Assembly: GCF_001447785.1 (NCBI RefSeq)
Contig: NW_015165833.1
Coordinates: 1,927,560 to 1,991,559 of the forward strand
Length of the DNA stretch: 64,000 bases
DNA from: Gekko japonicus
Lineage: Eukaryota
Direction of reading: 5' to 3'
A program made the translations under genes and the position numbers. The notes beneath the pieces are model-generated. The model was not told the origin of the DNA. It made no database searches and worked only from the letters and a program-made list of their open reading frames with translations. Positions 46,249 through 56,274 of the stretch are shown here, one piece after another. The number at the start of each line of letters is the position of its first letter. The first letter of the stretch is position 1.

Positions 46249-49200
46249 GTGAGCAAAAGGGAGTCTGTGATCCATGGTGCAGTGCAGCTGGGAACGTCTG
46301 GTTTGTGTGTTGGGGGGGGGGACAGAAATTATACCCCCTCCTACTCTCAGCTTCTGTACTAATTACTAAAGGCATCAGTGACAGGCACAAAAATACAATT
46401 AATGAAACTTAATGAATGCAATTAAAGCAATTAATGATACAAAAGTCCCTGACTGGGGGGGAGGGGTGCAGGGTGTAACCTATAACCTCTGCATGCTTTT
46501 TTCCGAAAGTAGAATTCTGCAGGTGAATTGTATTTGCCTGGTTTCACATTGCATAACTTATTCTGCTTCTGCTCTGCAGGGCACAGTTTTACCGTCTGTG
46601 CTTCCAATGGAATTGCAGCAAACGTCCAGGCCTGGCTATAAGGCCACTTTCCTTGATAGATGGCCGAAGCCCCTGCTTTTCCCACTTCCTTTGCATTGTT
46701 GTGTTTGGCTCACTGCGCCTGCAGCTGGTCCCCGATCTTGGCCACCATGTCATTCTTGCCATCCTAAGGGAGCATGGCGGCTGGGACCAGAGTTTGCTGG
46801 CAGCCACCAGGAAGGACTTTGGACAAACATTCAGAAAGAAGCAGCTTCACACTGTGTGTGGTACTCCTGCCGTGCTCTGGTGTAGGTGTCTGTTGCTTCA
46901 GTGTCTCTGGACAGTAGCAGATTCCAGCACAGGGAAAGGAGGCGGGGAGAGAACACTTTAGCCGACCAGTGGTTGAGCTCCCCATGATTACAGAAAGACA
47001 TGTCATCTTTGCTGGGCAGGCAAAAGGGGGAACTAAAGGAGATCAGGGTAGATGACCAAACGAACAGCTGTAACATTATTCAAACTCCCATAACGTCCAC
47101 ACTATTACACAGCTATTACAGCCCATTCAGTCCTCAACAAAGCAGTTCTGCTTTTGTGTTTCTAGGGCCTCGCTTGGGCAACTCCCCAGTGCCTAGCATC
47201 GTCCAGTGTTTGGCAAGAAAAGATGGGACGGATGACTTTTACCAGCTCAAGGTGAGCAGAATATGGGGCTGTGAACGCTCTGGAGAGGAGCTGTGAAGTG
47301 GCTGCAGTCGGAGGCTGTGTCTGTTCTTCAAACAAGCAGAAAGTGTGGAGATAGAAATGGGGTGGCTGAAGGCAGTGACTGAGTTCTGTGTGACTCTGCC
47401 AAGGTCTTGCTGCCTTCCCCTGGAGCTGTCAGAATCTCCAGTGGGAGGTGCCTTCCCCGTTAGTTCCCTTCCTTGGACAAACATTCTCTGTTGAGGCCAG
47501 TGAATCTTCTACCATCAGCCCAACTGATGGCTGGCAGTGGCCCTGTTGGCTTCTCAGCACTCACTCCCCAGGATCCCTTTGTTTTATTAAGGTTTATCAT
47601 CCTGCCAAAACATGGCTTGGTATGTTCCAGGCAGAGGCTGACAATATAAAACAACAATAAAAACATCAGTTTAAAATCACAAATATGTACAACAGTTCCT
47701 AGCAAAATATGTATACACCAGTCTGTTGGAGATTTCAAAGCATAACTCAGTTCATCTGTCAAGCACAAACCACACACCACACCTGTCTTGAAAGGCCTGC
47801 TGCCACCAGGTGACTTTCAGTAGCCTTTAGGCAATGTGGCTGGCCTCTTTGAAAAAGGTGTGGCAGGGGGTCTTATGCGTACAGGACAGGTGCCCTGTTG
47901 GGGCCCCTCCGATCCCATCTGTGCTCCAAACAGTGGGAGGTGTAAGTGTGCCCACCCCAGTTTTCTGTGTGCTGGACACCACTAGAAGCAACAAACTGAC
48001 TTTCATATAATCAAGGTACTGGAGTGTTTTGTTTCCTGCTGGAATTTTCCAGGCTTGAGGCTTGCACTTTGGGCTTGTGGCTATCTTGTGAAGGATTGCA
48101 GCTTATTTTTTTTTCTTTGCCCCCTTTCCAAAAGATCCTCACCTTGGAGGACAGGAATGACAAAGGCACAGAAACCCAGGAGGAACGTCAAGGCAAGATG
48201 CTGCTCCATACGGAGTACTCCCTTCTCTCCCTCCTGCACAACCAGGATGGGGTAGTCCACCACCATGGCCTTTTCCAGGTAAGGGAAGTCCTGTTGAGCA
48301 GTTGAAGGGGAACTTGGCAGGAGCTGCCAGCCCAAGTTCTGCCTGCGTGTGTGTCTTACAGCGATGGCTCTGTATGGGGCCAGGTGGCAATGGGTTTTTA
48401 AAACAGCTACCTGTTCCTCAAAAGGCACACAGGCCACACCAGCCATCCTTCACGCCTTCCTGTATCTTCAGTGGTTGCTTGCAGTGAGGCCAGCACCCCT
48501 GTCCCCACAACTGTTTGTGGTTTGTACCCACGTGACTACAATTGGCCAAGGGCTGGACCAAGCAAAACTTGCATAGCTCTTCTGTTAAGCACTCAGGCTT
48601 GACATCTGGAAAGTCCCAGGCATGGTGGGTGAGAGAAATTCCACTCACTTTTTATCTCATCTGCAAGAAGCTACAGTCCACTCATAAAGTTCTGTTTGTT
48701 CCATAGCTACAAGAGTTGGACATGTTATCATTTGTCAGGCATGGTCCAGGGCTGGGGTGTTGGGCCTGGGTAGCCAGACAAGCACCGGGCTGAAGTGGCC
48801 AGCCAGGGGTCAGTAGGAAGGCTATCCCGCCTCCCTAAGTCATCGTCTTCCTCCCTGGGGCTTTGCAGGACCGAGCCTGCGAGCTGGTGGAAGACCTGGA
48901 GTCCAACAGGATGGTCCGCAAGATGAAGAAGCGTATCTGTCTGGTGCTGGACTGCCTCTGTGCTCACGACTTCAGCGACAAGACAGCTGACCTCATCAAC
49001 CTCCAGCACTACGTCATCAAGGAGAAACGCCTCAGCGAGCGGGAGACCGTGGTCATCTTCTATGACGTCGTGCGGGTGGTGGAAGCTTTGCATAAGGTGT
49101 TTGTCTCCGCTGGGGTGGGGGAGAACCATCAGCATGGCAGGGAGGTGGCATCCAGGTTTGGAGTGTACAAAGTGCCACTGGGTTCCTGGGTAGCTACAGG

Positions 49201-52200
49201 AGGGGGTGCTGAACTCCAGAGAATGCTGCCTGGCTCAGTATTGGGCAGCAGCCAATAGTTACATTCCTCTGCAGCAGCTGGGAGGTTCTTGGGACACAAA
49301 CTGGCACCATCTTGTTGTGCCAAATGAGTGAGATGGGAGGGGCATCTACATTTCATTCCAGTTCCTGTAGCATGTAACTTGGGAAGAAAGACTGGGGCAC
49401 CAGCTGAACGTTGCCAGCCAGCACCTGACAAGAAGCCTTGTTGCTCTAATAGTTCAGTGTTCTCTTGCCTTTCCAGAAGAACATTGTGCACAGAGACTTG
49501 AAGCTGGGCAACATGGTGCTGAACAAAAGGTGAGCTCATTTTGGAAGTCCATTTCTTCACCCTTGGATGCTTCCAGGTTGGGGAAGAGGAGTCTGTGACC
49601 ATCCCCTCCTCTCTCCCCTGATCTGAGCTCATGCAGGTGATAGTTCTCTGCTTCTGGCTGCTGTGTCAAAGTTTTGGCATTCACCTTTTGGTCTGTGTCT
49701 AAGTTTGGCTCTGCTGCTTTTGGACAAAACAAGGCCTGGTGGAAGATTTTAGGGAGGAAACTAAGGGAAGCACCAAAGGCAGATATAGAGACAGATGGTG
49801 TGCCAGTCACCCATCTGCTGAGACGTTTTGTGCTGATAGACCTATCCTCCATGATTTTCTCTATTCCCCTTTGAAAGCCATCCATGCTCATGGCTGTCAC
49901 TACATCCTCTGGCAGTGAATTCCCCATTTTAACCACTCATTGAGTAAAGAAATACTTCCTTTGGTCCATGAATGTACTGCCCATCAGCTTCATTGCCTGC
50001 CTCTGAGTTCTAGTCTTTGGGCAGAGGGAGAAAAAGTTCTCTATCCTCTTTGCCCCATGCATAATTTTATAAACCTCTATCATGTCCCCCCTTGGTTGTC
50101 TTTTTTCTAAATTTAATAGTCTCGGTCTGTAGCCTCTTTTCATAGGGAAGGTGCTCCAGTCCCTTAATCACCTTGGTTGCCCTCTTCTGTACTTCTTCCA
50201 GCTCTTCATTGTTCTTTTTGAGATTTGGTGACTAAAAGTATTCAAAATGAGGCAACACCATAGATCTATCCAGGGGCATTGTAATATTGGCAGTTCTATT
50301 GTCAGTCCCAAATGATTATCCCCAGCATGGAGACTGCCTTTTTCAGTGCTGCTCACGGTGTAATGTAGCCAGTAAAACAGTAAATCACCGTGTACAAATA
50401 AACAATATAAGTTGATTTTTATCTGCAATGTTTTAGAATTCAATTATAAACAAAATTACAACCATAACACTATAATATGCAATACAAAGCTTAGCAGTAC
50501 ATATAGAATACTACAGTATTAGTTTCAGACAAACGACGGAGTTCTACTACACTATCAGTTTGCGAGTCCTTCTTCAGGTTTGTCATTCTGTACTTATATC
50601 TTCATTAGAATGAAGTGCTGCAAGCCATATTTCAAAATGCTAATTCTTATACAATGTTTTGATGTATGCTACCGCACTTATTCTGGTGACTGGGGAGCTC
50701 TAATGTGACAGGGTCTACAGTATATAATAATTGGCTAAGCTTTCCTCAAATTGCAGCACTTCATTCTAATGAAGATATAAGTACAGAATGACAAACCTGA
50801 AGAAGGACTCGCAAACTGATAGTGTAGTAGAACTCCGTCGTTTGTCTGAAACTAATACTGTAGTGTTATGTTTGTAATTTTGTTTATAATTGAATTCTAA
50901 AACATTGCAGATAAAAATCAACTTATATTGTTTATTTGTACACGGTGATTTACTGTTTTACTGGCTTTTTCAGTGCTGCAGCACACTGAGCTGGCCCTTT
51001 CAACTGGCTACCTACTACAGTCCCACGGTCTCTTTTCCTCTTGGGTTTCCGCAAGTTCAGGTTCCATCTGCCTATATTTCAAGTTGGGGTTTTTTTTTGT
51101 TCCAGTGTGTATCACTTTATGTTTGCCTAAGGTGAGCTTCATTTGCCACATTGTATCTCACTTGCCCAATTTGAAGAGATGCTCATGTAGCTCTTCACAA
51201 TCCAGTTTCATTTTCATCCTGAATAACAGTGTCATTGGCAGACTTGGCACTCCACTGCTCAACCCCAACTTTCCTTTCTTCACCTTTCCTTTGCCAGGTG
51301 GCCAGATGTGTGTGTGGGGGGTCTCTTCCTTCTTCCCCTCAGTTAACTTGCTCCTTATCCTCTTCAGGACCCACCGAATCACCATTACAAACTTCTGCCT
51401 TGGCAAGCACCTGGTAAGCGAGGACGATCTCCTGAAGGACCAGCGTGGGAGCCCAGCCTATATTAGTCCTGATGTTCTCAGTGGTAGGCTATGTACCTTC
51501 TTTGGTGGGTAGGAGCAGGGCCATGTATGAATGTTTATGGGGAGATAGTAAAGGACATTTCTAGGAGCCATTTCAATGCGTGCCTCCCTCATGAACCTGA
51601 AGAAATGTCCACCACATCACACTCCCTCTCACCTCTTACTGCCCCCAAGAAAGCTCCTGGCAAACGTCGAATCAGATACACTAGAAGGAGGAGGCAACTT
51701 ATGAGTGCGGCAAAGACATTTGCACATAGTACTCCTGCAGTGCACTGAGCTGCACAGGCCAAGTACCAGCAAGATCACCCTGAGGTGCTCAGAACAACAC
51801 AGTCTCCATATGAGCAAAACAATCCAGGAACACAAGTAGAGAGGCCATCACTTTCGTGGAAGGTAGCAGGAGTTGACTCAACAGACAACTGCTTCTTAAA
51901 TGGACAGTTCTATGTGGCCTGCTCCAGAGTGAGCTCATCAAGCAGCCTGGTGATCCTAGCACCTGAGGGCAGAACCACCAATGTGGTCTACAGAGAGGTC
52001 CTTCAGTGTGTGTGTGGGGGGGGAAGTACGTATGTCTCACTTCATTTCTTACACTACAATCTTCTCCACTAGAATTCTTACAACAAATGTCACATTTAAA
52101 TTTCACATCATCAGTATTATAACTGGATTTACAGAACTTAAATACCATAGTGAAGCACGGGTATCAGGCTAGTATTCAATAAAACGTTACCTACCTACCT

Positions 52201-55200
52201 ACCTACAGTCCTCAGCAGAGATGCTATGCAACCAGCAAATATCTTCCTTCTCCTCCGTTTCCTCCCTGCCTCCTCCTTTCAGTGAAGAGCACAGTTCTTG
52301 CTCCTTATTTTTAAGGGGAGGCTTTCTTCCAGCTACTGCCAAGGGCATGTGAAACTGAGTAGCAAACAGGCAGAAGAGTGGCAGGGGTGACTTCTGTTTT
52401 TCCGCAGGTCGGCCCTATCGCGGGAAGCCCAGTGACATGTGGGCCCTGGGCGTGGTCCTTTTCACCATGCTGTACGGGCAGTTCCCCTTCTATGACAGTA
52501 TCCCTCAGGAGCTCTTCCGCAAGATCAAGGCTGCTGAATACACCATCCCAGAGTGAGTGGAAGCAATACCAAGTCTTTTGTACACTGCAGTGGGTTAACG
52601 CTTGGAACTGGGCCCTCTTCTTGAACTGATGTGAGAAACTGTCAGCAAGCTGCCAATGAATGTCTTTCAGTGTATATATGAGTCCCCTATGTCCAATACC
52701 CCCCCATGTATGGTGCAAACTGTTCCTCTGTGTAGCTGCTTGCTAACAGTGTAGAATTGCTTGCGCAGGCGTAGAAGATGTAATGACTATGCTTGTTGGG
52801 GAAACGCTTTCTTCTCAAGGACAACAGGTGGGAGATAGAGAGATTCTAGCCTTTGCTTTAATCAGTAGAGTCTATGGGAACTGCTAGCTGCTGATAGCAG
52901 GGGCCGTTGCTTTCTCATGAAATGAGCGCGCAAAAATGCCCTGGATGTTAGGGCGGGATTTTGCAGTCTGAATGTCTATGGGGGGGTAACTCATCTGCTT
53001 CCTCCTCGCCAAAAGCGGCTTTTAAGTCTCTGTATTCGGGGGGAAGAGAGAGTACTTCTGTAGCACTAGTAAGCAGATGCTCTGGATGTCAGGGCCGGGA
53101 ATAATGATCATTGGTTAAAAGTGATTTTGATTTCCCTTTATGTTGCTTGTGCTTCCGCATTATGTTATTCCAATCAGAGACCTGTTCAGTGATCCATGGC
53201 TTCAATAAAGTAACCTTTTCTATGGAAAGTGACTCCGTTGATTCCAGGTGAAACCTGACAGAAACTAGTCATCTCTAGCTTCAGGGGTCTCAGTAGCTCT
53301 GCTGTCTGTGACATCTCTTCCTCCCCTGACTTAAACTTTTCCTTCAGCAGAGATGGGCGGGTGTCGGAAAACACTGTCTGCTTGATCCGGAAGCTCCTGG
53401 TCCTGGATCCTCAGCAGCGCCTGACAGCCTCCGAGGTGCTCGACTCACTCAGTTCCATCATTGCCTCATGGTGAGTGGAGTGATACAGGGCAAGGTGGTG
53501 TGCAGGGGCAGACTGAAGCAAAAAAGGGGGAACTGGGTGCAAGGGAGAGTAGTTTATTTGACCCTTTAGATCTAAAAGGTCAAAATAAGCTACCTTCCCT
53601 TGCACCTTGTTCAACTTCATGTCAGACAAATTAAAATTAGAGAGTCTCTGGTTGCCTGAGGCATTGTTGTTTTCCATGAGCCCCCGTTTATGTCCGGGGA
53701 GGGACAGGGAGCAGAGGTAAACTGTGCCATAGTTAGGGTGACGCGATGCCTTGCCCTGGCGAGCGAGTCCCTCCTCCTGCTGTGGATAAGGCTGGTGACA
53801 GATGCCGTTCTGCCAGTCACTGTGGCCAGGCAGAGGCACTTGGGAGCAGCTCTGGGGCAACAGCTTCATGTGCCTCTGGTCCACATGTGTTTTTGTCTTG
53901 CAGGCAGTCCATGTCCTTGCTGAGCGGGCCTCTGCAGGTGGTGCCGGACATCGATGACCAGGTGGCAAACCCCGAAAGTGCACACGAGGTAAGGCTCAGC
54001 ATAGTTGGTGGGTGCTGGAGGTGACTCTTCACGAGCAATTCGTCTTCTGTGTCCTCGGGTGAAGCAAGGTCTGAACCTCCCTGGATTTTACTTGCTGACC
54101 ACATTTCAGCACCTGCTAACTTTTACCTTTGTTTGAGCCCAGAGCAGGTGGAGGAGCAGAACTAGCCCATCCTTGGCTGTTCAGCCTCCCTTTGCCTGCT
54201 GACCTTCACAGAGCACTTCTTTCGAGACTGGCTTCCAGAGCCCCATGGGCAAAGACTTGCTTTTTAGGTTTCTGCTTCCTGGATAGAAGTGGGCACTGGG
54301 GGGAGCTGGTCTTGCAGGCTTTTGCCATTAGCAGGTTGAGCAGAACGGCTCACTGCAGACTGGAGTTCATAGCTGAGGGCTGACTGGGAAAGGATCTGCA
54401 AGGTGGGGGGGGGATTTGGCAAGAGGAAGTCAGGCATCCTGTGTGTGAAGCTCTGCAGGCAGGACACCAATTTAAATTGCAGTGGCAGCCATGATTGCAA
54501 AGGGGGAGCTGTATTAGTCCATTGTGGCAAAACAAAACAGAAGTCCAGTGACACCTTAAAGTGACATTTATTTCAATATTAAGTTTTCACGAGTCTCTGC
54601 TGAGTTCTTCAGATATATATGGGAAATCAGACAAGTTCCCTCTTATGGGCCTGGTTATGGGGGGGAATTAAGGTAGGGGATTAATTGAGTCTTTNNNNNN
54701 NNNNNNNNNNNNNNNNNNNNNNNNNNNNNNNNNNNNNNNNNNNNNNNNNNNGGATTGGTCCCCTGCCTCCCCCCACCCCATAACCTGCTCCATAAGAAGG
54801 AATCTCCTTCTGATTTCCTTACATTCCTGAGGAATTGATCGGTGGAAGCTAATATTAAAATAAGTTCAGGTGGGTAGCCGTGTTGGTCTGAAGTCTTTAA
54901 AGTGCCACTGGGCTAAAGTATATTGTAGTTTTAATGCAAACTCTGAGCCCATTTGTGATCTAAGAGTGTAGAAACCTTCCTAGAGACCTACAGCTTGATG
55001 ACTTGCCTGCTTATTTTCAGTAGGTGAAGTTCAGCTTTGTCCATCTCCTCCTTTCTCCAGCCTCACGTGGCCCCTCTTGCTCAGTCCTCTTCCGTCTCAT
55101 TCTCGTCTGCTGCCATCCATCCTTTCGTGTGTGTGTGTCCCCAGCTTCCTGTGTCTCAAGCCCAGACTCCTTCCCCTTGATTAGTTTGTGAATAGGCTGT

Positions 55201-56274
55201 GCTTGCTAGTGCGACAAAAAATCCCAGAGATTTTGAAGCCAAGGGAAAACCCATTTTTAGAAGAAAAACAAATTTGGAGAAGACTGAAATATATGCAGTA
55301 CTTACTTTCCTATCAAACCTAAATTTATCTTGTTGTGCAACAACATAAGATAAAGCTCATCTTAAAGCATTTTGCTCAATTCCAAAGAGGGAAAATATTT
55401 CATAGGAGGGTTGGGGAGGGGGCAGACCTTCCCAAGCCCAGACCCGGATAGTCCAGACTCCAGGCTAGTCCAGTCTTGTCAGATCTTAGAAGCTAAACAG
55501 GGTTGGCCCTGGTCAGTTTTTGGATGGAAAACCACCAAGGGATACCAGGGTCACAACACGGAGGCAGGTAATGGCAAACCGCCTCTGAACATCCCTTGCC
55601 CTGAAAACCCCATGAGGGGTTGCCGTAAGTCAGCTGTGACTTGACTGCAAAAGAAGACTTCCCCATCTCTTTTTCTCACAGATAGCCAACTCGTACGTTT
55701 CAGGTGACAGTCTCCTCATCTCGGGCCTAAAGCAGAGAGCCATGTGGATGCCTGAGACGACCTCTTAGTTCTTAGCGAAGACAAGTGCATCTCTTTTCTT
55801 AAAGTGTACTTCCATAAGGATTAAATACGGTGCTCTTGTGAAAGTTGGAATTTTGAGGAGTCTGATGAATGAATGAATGAATCACATGGAGGGAGTATCA
55901 GTGCACTAAACGAACCCCTGGTTTCCTGAGCAGTGTGGCAGGCCCTTGCTTGGGGGCAAGAGCTCATCAGGAAACGCAGGGCACGGGGGAGCATTTTGGG
56001 TGCCCTTCTGGTTCCCTTTCCTGGGTTATCTGACAGGGGTCTGTCTTGTCCTCAGGCGAAGGTGACTGAAGAGTGCTCTCAGTACGAGTTTGAGAACTAC
56101 ATGAGGCAGCAGCTGATGCTGGCCGAGGAGAAGAACACGCTCCACGAGGCCAAGAGCTTCCTCCAAAAGCGGCAGTTCGGGAACATCCCGCCGGTGCGCC
56201 GCCTGGGCCACGATGCTCAGCCCATGAATCCCCTGGACGCAGCCATCCTGGCGCAGCGTTATCTGCGGAAGTAG
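46143..56274 (+). CDS. STK40: Serine/threonine-protein kinase 40 (Tribbles-related pseudokinase, COP1 adaptor), 433 aa
   Basis: Exons 46143-46248, 47166-47251, 48135-48278, 48869-49096, 49477-49529, 51368-51483, 52408-52552, 53351-53470, 53904-53988, 56056-56274 (1302 nt). Degenerate Gly loop (LGNSPV), HRDLKLGN, NFC in place of DFG, COP1-binding QVVPD, C-terminus ILAQRYLRK*. Confidence 0.98.
47166..47251 (+). CDS. STK40: STK40 exon 3
   Basis: GPRLGNSPVPSIVQCLARKDGTDDFYQLK; AAG|gtgagc. Confidence 0.95.
48135..48278 (+). CDS. STK40: STK40 exon 4
   Basis: ILTLEDRNDKGTETQEERQGKMLLHTEYSLLSLLHNQDGVVHHHGLFQ; CAG|gtaagg. Confidence 0.95.
48869..49096 (+). CDS. STK40: STK40 exon 5
   Basis: DRACELVEDLESNRM...YDVVRVVEALHK; AAG|gtgttt. 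Confidence 0.95.
49477..49529 (+). CDS. STK40: STK40 exon 6
   Basis: KNIVHRDLKLGNMVLNK; AG|gtgagc. Confidence 0.95.
49835..51250 (-). mobile_element. CR1 LINE ORF2 3' fragment interrupted by a Penelope-like insertion
   Basis: Minus-strand LEKRQPRGDMIEVYKIMHG and RKYFFTQ. Confidence 0.85.
50353..50965. mobile_element. Penelope-like element with inverted terminal repeats
   Basis: Near-perfect inverted arms 50368-50623 / 50751-50965; TSD (C)TTTTTCAGTGCTGC at 50338-50352 and 50965-50979. Confidence 0.8.
51368..51483 (+). CDS. STK40: STK40 exon 7
   Basis: THRITITNFCLGKHLVSEDDLLKDQRGSPAYISPDVLS; G|gtaggc. Confidence 0.95.
51505..52172 (+). mobile_element. Internally deleted Helitron (RepHel remnant)
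   Basis: PIF1-helicase C-terminus KVAGVD...CFLNGQFYVACSRV...PEGRTTNVVYREVL; subterminal hairpin ATACC...GCACGGGTAT and terminal CTAG|T at 52169-52173; 5' boundary approximate. Confidence 0.85.
52408..52552 (+). CDS. STK40: STK40 exon 8
   Basis: RPYRGKPSDMWALGVVLFTMLYGQFPFYDSIPQELFRKIKAAEYTIP; GA|gtgagt. Confidence 0.95.
53351..53470 (+). CDS. STK40: STK40 exon 9
   Basis: DGRVSENTVCLIRKLLVLDPQQRLTASEVLDSLSSIIAS; TG|gtgagt; CAGCAG acceptor. Confidence 0.94.
53904..53988 (+). CDS. STK40: STK40 exon 10 (COP1-binding VP motif)
   Basis: QSMSLLSGPLQVVPDIDDQVANPESAHE; GAG|gtaagg. Confidence 0.94.
54695..54752. other. Assembly gap (58 N) in STK40 intron 10
   Basis: Run of n. Confidence 1.
56056..56274 (+). 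CDS. STK40: STK40 last coding exon
   Basis: AKVTEECSQYEFENYMRQQLMLAEEKN...ILAQRYLRK then TAG. Confidence 0.96.
   Translation, partial: AKVTEECSQYEFENYMRQQLMLAEEKNTLHEAKSFLQKRQFGNIPPVRRLGHDAQPMNPLDAAILAQRYLRK

Noticed and set aside
50168-51135. Two ORFs with identical MNSKTLQIKINLYCLFVHGDLLFYWL starts as duplicated genes
   Set aside because: They are the two arms of one inverted repeat, with TTG starts and no coding signature.
51388-51400. Loss of DFG (NFC) in STK40 as pseudogenisation or novelty
   Set aside because: STK40 is an established pseudokinase with this substitution; the ORF is intact.
51630-51748. Arg-rich peptide as an endogenous circovirus capsid or protamine
   Set aside because: In frame with a Helitron helicase C-terminus and followed by a Helitron 3' end; no capsid-like sequence follows.
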